Notes: generated by a model from the sequence alone, not told the origin. Numbered from the whole stretch's first letter, positions 1-12,435 are shown. The stretch: DNA of 62,226 bases, filler included, from Sphacelaria rigidula (GCA_964200075.2; 11 parts of 11 records of this genome joined end to end with filler, not necessarily neighbours in it), one strand, 5' to 3'. Numbers and translations are program-made.

Positions 1-254
1 GGATGGGTGGTCAATGGTCACACGACTAAGGCAAGCAACAAATGAGTACGCCCCCCCTCCCCCCTCGCCGTCGGGCGACGCCGCTGTGGGAAATTGCTGT
101 CGAGTCACCGTCCACGCGACGCTGTTGGTGATATCCATTTCTCGTTGTAGTTGGCCGTCCGTGGAGGGTCGCCGGTTGGGTGGCAGTGCAATGTACCTTC
201 TCTTCCCCTCACTCAAATCTCGAACACTTGAAAACCGAGTACAAGAATATTTGC

Positions 255-630
255 GGAAATTTTGGTCGACACTCACAGGCTGTGGGGTAGAAGAAGAATT
301 CGGGGGGAACTCACTGACACTCGCTTGCTGTGGAGTGAAATTCGGAGCCAGGGGAAACTCACTGATACTTCCTGGTGGTGGAATGGGAGCAGTATCAGAG
401 AGAATTTTACTGACCCTCACTCGCGGTGGAACAGAAGCAAAATCGGGGGGAATCTTACTGACACTCACTCGCTGTTGAGCAGAAGCAAAATTCGGGGGAA
501 TCTTACCGACACTCACTCGCTGTTGAGCAGAAGCAAAGCCCGGGGAACGTTTACTGACACTAGCTCGCTGTGGAGCAGAGGTAGAATCTGGGGGAATCTT
601 ACTGGCACTAGCTCGCTGTGGGATGGATGC
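255..630 (-). repeat. 48-bp tandem repeat (~8 degenerate units), in frame with the copia protease
   Basis: An actgacac-like core recurs at 313, 361, 409, 457, 505, 553 and 601. Minus-strand unit is approximately VSKIPPDFASAQQRVS. Confidence 0.85.
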
Positions 631-711
631 AGTATCACTCTCAGTGGCACCATCAGGAGTCACTGATAAAATCTGTCCGTTGATCGATGGCAGGCGTGTG
701 GAAAATTGTGA

Positions 712-1119
712 TTATGAATGGTCATTGTAGTCGAAACGTAGCTTGCCGTCGAAAAGGTGTACACATTTTTCATCGCAGATTACTCGTTGGCTCTTTTGCG
801 CCCGGTGCACAGAGAATACATCCAACTGAATCCCTTCCAATACATAAACGTCCGTGAGCAGTACGGTAGTCTCTTCAGTAACTGGGGATCTGTCGTCACA
901 TGATTAATGAAATCCTATTTCGAGACTCCCGACTGCTTTGACGGGTAGCACTTTATCATCTCCTATAACAACATCTTCTTTCCCCACTGGTGGAGGACGA
1001 GTGTCGAAAACGTTGGTCATGCTGCCTGTGGTGTGGTGCGATGTACCTGAGTCCGCAATCCATACTTCTGAATCAGAAACAAGCGGAGATTTGGTCTGAT
1101 GCAACACCCCATCCTTCAC
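712..1119 (-). pseudogene. Copia pol aspartic protease / beta-barrel region with in-frame stops
   Basis: VWIADSGTSHHTTG...VVIGDDKVLPVKAVGSLEIGFH*SCDD...VLLTDVYVLEGIQLDVFSVHRAQ; stops at 904-906 and 712-714. Confidence 0.8.
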
Positions 1120-4100
1120 ATCGAAATTACCAAAACTGAAAATTGATTTTGATGGTCAGGCAGAGAGCGCCATGTACATATTACCACCAGGTTTATTAGC
1201 ATGCGGCAGGTCGGCGGTTGACGTTTGATGGGGGTTTACCGATCGGGAAAGTGGATCGGATGGCTCGCAGTAGAGTGAAGAGTATCGCGGTGGTTGCGCC
1301 GCGGAGGAAGGATCATGGTGAGATTGGTCGGGCGGTGGAGTTGGTGATAGGTGATAGGTTGGTGGTGCTGTCGATGAGGAATGTTGTTGATATTGGTTGT
1401 GTTGTGGAGGCGGTGGTGGATGAAATGGCGGTGGGGCAGCGGAGGAATTATACAGATAGTTGTCAGGTGCTTGGTTAGGTGGTGGGTGGTAATAGGATGA
1501 TAAAAGTGATGCGTAGCAGGGGAGATGTTCGGTGATGGTGGTAGGTTGTGGCTGCAGTTGATATTGAAAGGTATGGTACTGTACGGTTTTGGAAAAACCG
1601 GCATCGTCGAAGGCAATGTCCTCATAGACAAAGTTGTCAATGCTCTCGTGACACCCCGAGATCGCAACACAGTACAACAGTGTTCCACAACCCACCGGAT
1701 CACAAAAAACCGACGCGTTGTGAGTTGTGCGTCCAGTTATTGTGCCGATGCGGAGAGACTCGGGAATCATTTCCGGCGAGAAAGGAACGTGGTCGTTGTG
1801 GCGTCCGTTACCGGCAAATGAGCGGGAAAATAACCGAATGTGCGGGCGACATGGTTGGAGTTGGCGCGTAGACTTCCTTCCGCACGGTGTGCTGCATCAG
1901 GTACAGTGTAGAGAGCGTTGACCTAGCAAAGGTACGTTCTAGGCCGATCGGTGGCCCAGATAAGTTACGATTAAAAAAGAATTTCTAGATCAGGTATACC
2001 TTGGCGAAATTTGGCCTACCAAAGGTGAGCGGTTTCTGGAAGCGAGACGTACATTTTTGCGCGGCCACATCTCTCGAGTAACATGTTTTTTTCGCGTTTT
2101 GTTTCAATGCCCGGGTGCCAATGACCCCCCCGAATGATGTGCGTGAAAACTTCGGAGCGAAAACGATCAAAATGGCGTGTTTGGCTGTTTTCGCGTCTCT
2201 GGCCATTTTTCGTACCTTTCTCAGGAAAAATATCAGAAGGTATACCTTTTCTAGGTCATTCTCCTGAAATCAACACTCGGAAGACACTTTCTACGATAGC
2301 ACCCCTGAAACGTGTCTGGTTTTAGGAAGTAAAATCTTAACGTAAATCGAAATGGAAAACGCCGAGCATAACGAGCAACTGGGAATTCCTACGCTTGGGT
2401 TCGTTCTCGCCACTATCACATATGTGAGGTGCTTCATGCAGCCTGGACCCAAGCACCAGGCGCTGTATGACCATGTTTTTCGTGGTACTTTTGGGCTGGG
2501 TTGGGGGGAGGGGGGGGGGCGCTATTGTGAAAAGTGTCGGAAAATAGTGCAAAACGTTTCTCAACATAAATTCATCACGAATAGTTTTTAACTCACACGA
2601 TTTCTCATCCAACGTCCCTGCCGAAATCCGCATACTGGCATTCGGATGGTGTGCGAATGACTAAAACATCCTTGCCATGTACCAATTTTCGTATAAAGAT
2701 GATGCCGTATATATCTATATGCTTGGAACTGGGACTCGTAATAGCATTTTGCTTCGACATCGGAACACAAATTGGCAGTACCTGTCCCACAATTCCACAC
2801 ATGCAACCACTGGACACCGCAGTTTTTGCGCAGCTTTCGCGGAATCGACGATGAAAATCCGCTGGAGACGACGTGGAGTCGATCGAGCCAGAGGACTACT
2901 TGGTGCGATGTAATCAATTTGGGTGGAAAATCTGTGGGCGGCAAGCCATCATCATACAAGCAGGTCGCGCTCGCGGGTCTTCATCTCCGCAGCGGCTTCA
3001 TTGAGTGTTTACACTGTTGGAAATATTAGCAAGTGTTATGCGGTGCTGTCCTCGAGACAGACCGACTACCGTCACGCAGACAGTAGTATATGGTAGAGGT
3101 TGAGCCGTGGTGGTTACACCACTTGCTTCTGCAGCACAAGATCGAAAAGACACATGGTGTTCGGGCTCTTCAATTTGCCAAACAAAATCAAGCAGCCTCC
3201 TTTGAAATGCAGAGGGTTGGGGAAACGAAGGGGAGTGGATGCATGGGCGGTGGAGATGACCGACTCCAAGGATCCTCAGACCTGAAACAAAAACCAGATT
3301 CCCTACACGTACGTGAGACTAAATCGTATCCTTAATTCAACGCTTCTGACGTGTGCGTTTTTCCAGCTCGCAGACTAGACTTACTGCAAGCTACGTTACC
3401 TAGCTACCTTGATACAGCACACTACTGTAAAACAAACCATGGCAGCACACTCCTAATTGTAGTATCCTACGTGCTTATATGGTTACACATGTAAAGAAAT
3501 CTTATATTAAAGATACGAATGAAACGGTATTACGTGATTTTTAGTTTCATTGAACCGCGACAGATTGTACCACTATCTACTGTAAAGTCGAAACCGAGAA
3601 CATGGAAAATACAGCCAGACTATGAGCTGAATGTCAATTTTTTAACAGACACCGATGCTGATGCGGACGCTCTGTCAGCTGCCCGATTCCCTGGGAAAGC
3701 GGGTGAAGATATCGCTCCGATGCATGGTCACACTGTACCGGACAAGCCAAAACACAGGGGGGGCGCGATGTACAAGGTCACGTCAGATGTGGGAGGTAGT
3801 GGTAGGTCGGTGTGTTATGATTCGGCATTTTGTACGTCAAGTGCGGCGCTACCTGCTGCAATATTCAGGTATTCTTCACTAACATGAGTGTCCAGTCAAA
3901 CTAGAAACGACGATGGCTCATGGAGCCTGTTCGCCCTGCCCTTTTGTCTTTCACGTATCCCACATGGAATTGTCTCTTTGTTTGCCAGCTTTTCGTTTTG
4001 TCGTGCCAACAGCGCAGACACTCCATTCACTATGCACGTAACGACTGTTCATCGTGACGTAAGATGTTTGGAGCCGTTCCCTCGGGAGCCTTGCATCACC

Positions 4101-4751
4101 GTGAAATATCTATCCGCAATACCATATCCCTCTAGAAAACAAATGTGATACATCATATCTATTTGGAACGTCCGCCTGAACTATCAATGTATATCCCGGA
4201 TGCCCATCTGGAGTATGACATAGATGTGGGGTGTCGACCTGGGGTATGTATGCCCTTGGGGATATGAATGTCCACTTGGGGTATGGGCGTCAATCTGAAA
4301 TACGAATGTTCACATGAGATATCCGTCCGTAATATCCAGTCCCCAGACGGACGTCCACATCCAAGATGACGATTTTAAAATAGTGCGAGACCGTGGTCTC
4401 TTGCGCTGCTTGTATGCTTTCATGTCGGCGAAATACTCCGTGGTCCATGACGAGTCCGAACCCCTATTCGAGGATATTGCGAGCGGTGTGAATCAGAACC
4501 AACCTGGGTATGTAGCCAGTAGTTTCCGACATTCGTCGTGCAAACTCATGCAGTGTGTGAAGTCGAGGTTGTGACCGAACCAAAGGTACTCAGACGCTAC
4601 TCGGACGCATCGAGATATACTTGCACCGTCACTATTGGTACGGCAACTAATCAACGAGGGCTCGACAGCGTCGTTGTCATACTGGACTTGTTTGGAGTGT
4701 GTGGTTTCAGCTGCTCCACTTGATACCCACAGCACCACAAGACTGTCTCAC

Positions 4752-4967
4752 CACTGAGAATGCAAGGCGCGCCAACGTCCCCGCCGCACACGACGCCGGA
4801 GTCCTCGATGGTGGTCGTGCAGCACTCATCGGCGGTTAGGCCACCGGCGCTAGAGCAGCTGGGGCCGCCGCACTGTCCGCATCCCAGCGAGCAGCAGATG
4901 TCCTTGTCCTGAACACCCACGATCTCACCGTCGCACATGCCCGTTGTAGCAGGGGGTTCCGTGTTAC
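4752..4967 (-). CDS. Internal exon encoding a 72-aa, 10-Cys repeat module (brown-algal extracellular type)
   Basis: tag acceptor at 4968-4970, gtgag donor at 4751; 216 bp, phase 1-1. GNTEPPATTGMCDGEIVGVQDKDICCSLGCGQCGGPSCSSAGGLTADECCTTTIEDSGVVCGGDVGAPCILS. Confidence 0.85.
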
Positions 4968-5442
4968 CTACACGTGACACCCGTCGGCGGGTAAGAGATC
5001 GACAGAAGCGAGGGCGACGATGGGAGTCGATGATACTGTGAGGCGGTCGACAACCGGAACAAGTGCCGTTTTCCGTATATATGTGTTTTCACGTCGGCGG
5101 AATACTCCGTGGTCCATGATGAGTCCGAACCCCTATTCGAGGATATTGCGAGCGGTGTGAATCAGAACCAACCTGGGTAGGTAGCCAGTAGTTTCCGACA
5201 TTCGTCGTGCAAACTCATGCAGTGTGTGAAGTCGAGGTTGTGACCGAATCAAAGGTGCTCAGACGCTACTCGGACGCATCAAGATAATACTGGTGCCATC
5301 TGTACTACAACTTGCGCCGTCACTATTGGTACGGCAACTAATCAACGAGGGCTCGACAGCGTCGTTGTCATACTGGACTTGTTTGGAGCGTGTGGTTTCA
5401 GCTGCTCCACTTGATACCCACAGCACCACAAGACAGTCTTAC

Positions 5443-5567
5443 CACTGAGAATGCAAGGCGCGCCAACGTCCCCGCCGCACACGACGCCGGAGTCCTCGAT
5501 GGTGGTCGTGCAGCACTCATCGGCGGTTAGGCCACCGGCGCTAGAGCAGCTGGGGCCGCCGCACTGT
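5443..5567 (-). CDS. Second copy of the Cys-rich exon, truncated by the contig end
   Basis: Visible sequence is the same as 4752-4876; gtaag donor at 5442. Confidence 0.8.
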
Positions 5568-5667
5568 NNNNNNNNNNNNNNNNNNNNNNNNNNNNNNNNN
5601 NNNNNNNNNNNTTAATTAATTAANNNNNNNNNNNNNNNNNNNNNNNNNNNNNNNNNNNNNNNNNNNN
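5568..5667. other. Artificial contig spacer
   Basis: 100 nt: N-run + TTAATTAATTAA (stops in six frames) + N-run. Confidence 0.99.
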
Positions 5668-5734
5668 AAAAACAAAAAAAAAAAAAAAACAACCAACAAC
5701 AACAACAAAAAAACAAAAAACCCCAAAATTTGAA

Positions 5735-5765
<31 letters not shown>

Positions 5766-5791
5766 ACGCCTCATCATCGGCGTTTCTGTAG

Positions 5792-5908
5792 GTGATGATT
5801 CCGTGCTATCGTCGAATCTGGTGGAACGATGTGCCCATGCTGGATAACTACATGCCGACGATTGACCCAGTTGTAGTCGGCATTGGGGAGCCCACGCAGG
5901 GCGACAGG
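5792..5908 (+). CDS. Probable exon of the MARCH6/Doa10-like gene
   Basis: tag|...|gtgagt, 117 bp, phase 0-0. VMIPCYRRIWWNDVPMLDNYMPTIDPVVVGIGEPTQGDR loosely resembles the MARCH6 LREVLRPGV...DPDFNPVQEMIHLP segment. Confidence 0.45.
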
Positions 5909-7405
5909 GTGAGTTCAACCCTCCTGGAGTGATGTTTTTCGTTGAACACCCTAATTCTGGCCGTTTTTTCAACGTCGAAAAGGCTTTGAGAACTTGCGCA
6001 AGTGCTGAACGCTATGGAGAGCATGTCAGCCCCTTGACCCCCGCGAAGTAGTCACTGTGAGTCCGTGCATGCCCACGATTTCGGGCTTTTCGTTACTTGA
6101 ATTTTAGTGTTCCGAGATCCTGCCGAAAATATCCGAAGAGTTTGGCAGTGAATGTGTTTTGGCCTTCTCATGTTTTAATTATGGTTCTGTCATCACTCAT
6201 TTCGGAAACTCTTGTTTTGGTTATTTTTTGGGATGTTGAAGGTGTGTGCGATATTTTGTTTCTCCCGACCCCTAGATGTCATCTGCACACACCAAAAATT
6301 GCCAATATGTGCTGATGTGTGCCTGAGTCGTCTTGGGCAAATATGGTACAAGTGATTTCGAGGTAGCATTATGCGCCTGGCCCTCGTTGCACTCGAATAG
6401 TACTGGCGAAGGATCAAAGTAGGTACCAATTTTTTTTTTTGTGATTCCCCTGTAACCACTGGCGTTGTTTTTTCAACCTCTTTTTTTATTTCACTGGGTA
6501 AGAAACTGTGCTTCTTGCAGTCATCACAGAAACATGCTGCTTTTTTTCGTTGGCCACACGATCGCTGACAACTCGAACAACACGTATCAACGGCCAGGAT
6601 CTCCCAGCCCCGCTAAGCCCTTGAGTCGTTCTCAGCTAGGGTCCCGAGAGAGGCTGCTGTGTTGGAGTATGATTTACTTCGCGGAGATGTTGAATATGTA
6701 GCTTGCACCCTCATGGGGTTCGTTTTTGGCGCCACGCCCAAGCTGGTTTCCTCTTCAGGGCCCTTCCTTCGGTGGCGAGACTTTCAATCGCTTTGGGGAC
6801 TCAGCCTCGTTCTAAATCTCATGCATATGGATTATTAGAAACTCGATACGTGCATATGGGTTCTCAGAACCTCGGAAATTGTGTGTATCTCGAGAGTTGC
6901 TTTTTACCGCCACACCTAGGTTTTAGTGCACAGGGCCCGTTGCTCTCTTGTGGGATGGTAAGGCTTTCACGCGTTCGTTGGGCTCGTTCCGGTGCTCAGT
7001 ATGAGTGCGTTCGGCTTGCCTCGGAATCGATAGTTTCAGGCGAAATGCGTGTCCCGCCAAGAAATACACTGCTGCATGCATGGCACGCAGGAGATCGAGC
7101 TCAGTGACCACCTGGTAGTTCATGTGCTTGCTGTTGTCGTCGTCGTTGTTGTTGTTGGAGCGTTTTGGTGCTAGGGAAATGGAGCATACCTGCCGATTAC
7201 CCTCTCATATTATTTCATTGCAGCGGTACGATTAGATACGAATAAATAAACAAAGCTACTACGTGTTCATGTGTAGCAACTCGAAGCGTCACCTACCTGA
7301 TGGGTACTTTACTCTGCAAGAGTGTACAATCACTTGGCGGCCCTCTCCCCTGCTTCGTGTCCTACCCCCGGTGGTGTTGCATCGCCGTGGTTTCGCTGCA
7401 TGCAG

Positions 7406-7565
7406 CTCGGGATGGATTTGGTACTGTTCCATTTCATTCTGCCGGTGGTACTGGAGCACCTCAAGATCCGCGGCCCCATTAGGCGGGTGGTTTGTTGGTC
7501 ACTCCTAGAAGCGTGCGCATTCACGGGCACGACGGAGCAAATGCTCCACCCAGCTCTGTGCGAAG
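7406..7565 (+). CDS. Exon of a MARCH6/Doa10/SUD1-like membrane E3 ubiquitin ligase
   Basis: cag|...|gtaag. LGMDLVLFHFILPVVLEHLKIRGPIRRVVCWSLLEACAFTGTTEQMLHP resembles the SUD1/MARCH6 DMLLFQICIPFAIEHFKLR...WFTAVGWALGLTDFLLP motif, recalled from family knowledge. Confidence 0.65.
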
Positions 7566-7574
7566 GTAAGAGTT

Positions 7575-7835
7575 CAAGGGCCGGACGAATCAATAATTCG
7601 TCCGGAAATTACTTGATTTTAGTGTCATTGATTGGTACCATACGAATCAATCCTCAGGCTTTGTTTTTCGGCGTTGCAACCCAGGTACGCGCAGCCCAGG
7701 CACGTGGAATGGCGCGAAAGTTGCGTGGAAACCTGCTTGACCAGCGGTCGACTTTTCTCTCTCTTTCGAGCAATCAGGCCTAAGAAATCGTGGATTTGGT
7801 GTTTCGAACCGGCGATGATTCGTCCGAACCGTGGG
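7575..7835 (+). repeat. Unclassified interspersed repeat (other copies 33999-34090 +, 49940-50140 -, 50839-50896 -)
   Basis: Shared core caatcaggccNaagaaatcgtggattt...gatgattcgtccNaaccgtg. Confidence 0.8.
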
Positions 7836-9200
7836 AGAGTTGTTACGGTTGGCTTTGTTGTGACGACAGAACTATCAACACCCAGTCTCATCGCGTTATG
7901 GTGGTGATTGAACTTCTATGGAGCAGCGACGGTCAAAAGCTCTTGAGCGAAGATAACTTCTACTTCCGCCGGCTTTTGCTGTACGACAGCAGGGATATAT
8001 AGTTTTTCTCCAAACGTAAAATGTAGGTGTGGTTGTCTTTGCTGTTGCGGCAGAGGCTGAAGCCCTGTCTGAAGGGATTGCTCAGGCTGACGTGCTGTTT
8101 GCCAGGAAACCAGAAATCTATAGTTATCCCTAGACGGATCGACACAGTACGAAGCTGCAGATAAAATGTTGCAGAGTCGATTTCCTCCGAGGTTATGGCG
8201 CTAATGACACGGACATTGGTGTATATGATATTATTTTGTGTTCGAGTTGTGCTTTGCCCGTCAAGTCAAAGCCGGTGCGTTTGATCAGCGCACGCGTAGC
8301 ATTCGTACTGCCGTAAAAAGATGTTGCCATGAAAGCACAACACACCGGCACCAGATGAACTCGAAAGACACGAGTATTCCGACCAAATAGCATCAGAGCG
8401 ATGTTCAAGGTGTTCGAGCGTCTTGACGCCCAACCAACTGCTGTGAAGGTCAGCACATGTCTTTCTCGTCCTGGGGCGATACCGTTACTGCCTCCCGAGA
8501 ATATCGCACTCTCCACAGCTGTATATCTCCAAGTGCGGATCCTATTATATCGCTTGAATAACCGGTAGTTGCCAACGGCCGGTATGTCGGTGCCGAACAC
8601 GGATACAAGGCGACGTACTGAATATTTTCGACATACGATTGTGGTCGGCAACAATACGGAAGCTCACTATTGTTCACGGCCGGATACCATGACGTTCAGT
8701 AACATCCTGTTTGCGAGAATCTCTGGTCGAGATCCGGGCTCAAATCTAGTTCGATGGCGTTACCCGAAAAACAAATATCGTGTATCGAGTGTAGAGGAAT
8801 CAGTATAGAGCCAAATGATCGGCCCGATTTCTCACACCTATTTTTTACACAACCGCTTAGCCGAGTTTTTCACTGACCCGTTTGTCACTAGAGTCTCACT
8901 AGCACTCTGCTTCTGCAATGCGTGTAATTGGATGTTGGATACTTCTCGCTAATTCTGGCCCATGAGGTGATCGTACCATCATCGTGGTACGTAAGTGACA
9001 ACATGTTTTCAGTCTCCTCGTCTGTCGTGCTGTTCAAGATCTATTCATCACCCACCAGTACGCCCGCTCAAAGCTCACCGACGAGACAACGTCCCATAGA
9101 TCATGGCTTCGCCAACCATGCGCCGGACGAAGCCGCGCACTGACAGAGTGACATCCCATCCTGCGCCTCCTCCTACCTCTTGCTCCCCAACTATCCCCAG

Positions 9201-10298
9201 GTCGAGGTGCCGGCCCACGGGACCCCGACGATCTGGACGACCTACCGCCGCTTGCACCGGGTGCACAGCGCCAACGCATCGGGCTAATAGTGGATTTACC
9301 AATCCCGGCGGCGCTAAACGGCCCGGAATTAGCGAATCCGGCAGCTCCGAACCCGGCAGCTCCGAATCCGGCAGGTGGAAATGTTGCTGATGAAAATCTA
9401 GCTGACGAGAATCTGGCTGCGCAGGAAAACCCAGATCCCCGTGTTGCGATTGACGCAGCACCTCAAGACGTCGCTCATAGAGCCCCCGTTGATGGCGAAG
9501 AGAAAGACGATGACACGTTGGAAATGGGAAATCGTCCTGGAGTACGCCATGTTGGTGTTCCCGATCCGACGGATGGCCTTGAGTACGGTCGAAATCCGGT
9601 ACTAACTCCGGGGGAAGCGGCCGCGGCCGCGGCAATTCGGAGGGCGGCGGCATCTGAGGTGCGAGAAGCGGGAGACACAGTGGCGCATGACACGGGGCGG
9701 ATACTGCGACAAGCAGGGGAGGATCGCGCTCATTGCATGCAGGAGACGCGGGAAACAGTGGGGATTGATAGGCGAGGTGCTGGTGACCGCGGTACTTGTG
9801 ACCCTGAAAGCGGTGTCGAGATTGGTGCACGAATCCCTGCGCGTCCGACTCCTCAGGTCGGACCTGATTCAAGTCCTGTCGGTCAAATCGTTCGGGATTT
9901 GGATCCTGTAGGCCCGATCATGCCGGACGCGAATCCTGTTGGTCTCAATATCCCGGATGTTGATGTCGATGAACCAGTTGTTCCTGACTTGCATCCCGGT
10001 GGCGAAGGCATAGCGGGTCCGAATCCCACTGGTCGAGATATACCGGGGCTACCACCGCCAGCGCCAATCGACGGCGATGGCGGTGACGCTAACGGGGGAG
10101 AAGACGGGCGGGGAGAGCGAGATCGAGGCGATGTGGTTGGCGACGGCGAGCAAGACGGCGATGGCAGGAATGTGGGGAGGGGTAGGGGAGTGCAATTCGG
10201 AGTGAGCGTCCAGGTCCGGGCGACGATGGCATGTGTTACTGCGGTCACTTGTCTCGTGATGTTCCCTTCTGTGATGTTTCTCGGACCCTTGCTAACAG
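9201..10298 (+). CDS. Large exon of the same MARCH6-like gene: ~330-aa low-complexity loop followed by a TM segment
   Basis: cag acceptor at 9198-9200, phase-compatible with 7565 (G|GT). Open for 1098 bp, ending VRATMACVTAVTCLVMFPSVMFLGPLLTG|gtgagg. Confidence 0.7.
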
Positions 10299-10744
10299 GT
10301 GAGGCGTCTGTTCTTTGTACTACTCTTGTCGTTTTCAGTGATTGATACTGTTAATAAAGGGTATTTGATTTTCATTTCCTTGTGCACGGGAGGAGTATTT
10401 TTTTTTTCGGTCGAGTGAGTTATTTTTGCGGGGCACAAACGTTCCCCGTCGTTGAATCCTAATGTTGCTGTAGGCCAACGGAAAACCTCTCGCAGCATAC
10501 CCCTTATCGTGACAACTTACACGTGGCGGTATCTAATCGAGTCTTGACAGCGCGGTCATCGGGTCCCCGCTGCCACTACAAAACTAAGCAGCAATGAAAT
10601 CAGACTCGTGTATGTGCTTAACGATGATGCGAACTCGCACGAGCAGCAGGTAGAAGCATACGATGTGTTCAGCGTGAGTCAGACGGCTTGGATATGGATT
10701 CAATATTGTGAGTCTTTTGACACCGCATCCACCCCCCTCCCCCA

Positions 10745-11040
10745 CCCCCCCGATGGTAGTCGAGCTAGATCATATTGTGCGGGGTGGGAGAACCTCAACT
10801 CCGCGCACAGGAGATGATCGTACCACGTTGTGTTTTGATGGTGAGACGCCCATGAGGCAGTCTATAAGCCGTGGCTGTCTCTGGAAGTGGCGATACCAGA
10901 AAATGACGCAACTCCTTGGAGGCTGTAATCCAAATTCAAGAGAATCAGTAGGCTTCGGGCCGAACAATCTTGGCAGGGTGCAGCTCACTCTTCATGCGAC
11001 TCGCCGAGCACACCACGACGCTTCGCGCATGGTGATCTAT
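10745..11040 (+). repeat. Unclassified interspersed repeat (reverse-complement copy at ~42980-43272)
   Basis: ggtgagacgcccatgaggca...agccgtggctgtctctggaagtggcgataccagaaaatga matches the minus strand of 43100-43180. Confidence 0.8.
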
Positions 11041-11234
11041 TGCGAGCCTGGTACGGCGAAAACCCGGCGTGCTCCGTCCTGGCTTTGTAGGTGTACGAGG
11101 TCGATGGTCTTATGATTGTGACATGCAAGATCATGAGTATTTTCCCCCCCCACCCCCCCCCCGACCCCTGCCCCCGCAGAGGCGCGGGCAGTGGGCGCAC
11201 GCCACCATATGGCGGCCAACGAAGACGGGCGCCG

Positions 11235-11334
11235 NNNNNNNNNNNNNNNNNNNNNNNNNNNNNNNNNNNNNNNNNNNNTTAATTAATTAANNNNNNNNNN
11301 NNNNNNNNNNNNNNNNNNNNNNNNNNNNNNNNNN
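11235..11334. other. Artificial contig spacer
   Basis: N + TTAATTAATTAA + N. Confidence 0.99.
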
Positions 11335-11760
11335 CATCCTCGAAACACAGTGCCCAACTCAGTGTATGTTGGTGTTATCGGGCGAAACGAGTAAATACCC
11401 CGTTCATCAGGAGGGTGTTATTGACCGTGGAACACAGTTTTTCGACCCTAGTGCGATGAGTAGGCAGAATTAAAAAAAAACGAAACTGTGCATTTCTTCG
11501 CAGATATGATCGGGACGGGCTCGATTGACCGAAAATACAGACGAGTAAGAATCTGGGCTGAAACGTGGCAAGACCCCCGATGACCGGCCAGCCCGTCAGT
11601 CACGCAATATTGAGTACAGATGATTTTTTCTTCTTGGAATGTGGAGCGGATACAAGTACCTTCAGATCCCCGATGTGATTAGCGGTGGCAAGCGAAGAGA
11701 GCCCAAGAAAATCGCCAATTACAAAAAAATAACCAAATGCCACAAAATGAATAGTGAGAC
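11335..11760 (-). repeat. Long interspersed repeat family (related copies ~35080-35900 and ~47650-48350 on +)
   Basis: Shared motifs ggtcaataacaccc...cacaacaccaacttgggca and cgggggtcct...gaccgattcgatcc. Confidence 0.7.
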
Positions 11761-12435
11761 CGCCCACTACCGTAACTTTTCAGTTTCTTCGGCCATGCTA
11801 AACGGAAAAGCACTGACGACTACCACAACGGAGCCCCCCCTCTTTTTTTTGTAGTGGTGCCCGTAGAGTAGTCCACCTCCGATACACGTGCAGGTAGGTA
11901 CATGATGAAGCTGTCTGCTGAGATTGGGAGATGAGATTTACTTGAGACTAGGTCATGGGATATTTTTCTGGAGGATGACTATGACTGCTTAGCATATGAT
12001 GTGATGATTTGTGTGCGATGGGGTATATAATGCAAAGGTCACTTCCGATGACGAACGCTGTGTATTTGTGAACGAACAACGTCTGTCTTGAAGTCTCCGA
12101 GCCCGACAGTGAGGGAGAAAGCGTAGCCCTCGGAGCTGTCCTGTGAGCTGATTGTTTTGAGTCCAAAAGGGGGTCTGAATGTCTTCCCTATTATTACTAG
12201 TATTTGCTCTAATCTGGCGCTACTGTTGTACTGCCCCCAGTGTCCGGCCCATTGCATGGCGTTCCTTTACTTGTTTTCTCATTATTCTGCTTCTCTTCTT
12301 CTTTTTTTGCTGCTCCTGACCACGGGCTGGATTGTTGCAATGAGCGAACAACATGTGAGATAATCAATCAATCGATCAATGACTTCATATTCTGTGTTTT
12401 TCGCGTCTTGTTGTATGAACTCTACCTGGAACTAG

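Larger units (their letters stand above)
1..1900 (-). mobile_element. Degenerate Ty1/copia LTR retrotransposon (gag-like region, protease, repeats, PPT, start of 3' LTR); no integrase or RT visible
   Basis: Copia protease motif WIADSGTSHH followed by LTDVYVLEGIQLDVFSV. Polypurine tract at 51-66 on minus is followed by sequence shared with the copia copy at 46052. The 5' limit is approximate. Confidence 0.75.
4420..5567. repeat. Tandem exon+intron duplication, period ~670-690 bp
   Basis: 4424-4876 is near-identical to 5093-5567 apart from a small intronic indel. Confidence 0.95.

Noticed and set aside
255..630. CRISPR-like periodicity (also the 20-bp x3 repeat at 44864)
   Set aside because: The units are contiguous tandem repeats without unique spacers, the context is eukaryotic, and there are no cas genes.
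14..666. Plus-strand repeat ORFs (154 and 134 aa)
   Set aside because: They are antisense shadows of the 48-bp array in the minus-strand copia frame.
5616..5972. ORFs running into N spacers (also 11069, 16645, 22611, 45073, 56606)
   Set aside because: Artefacts of the linker and of low-quality homopolymer contig ends.
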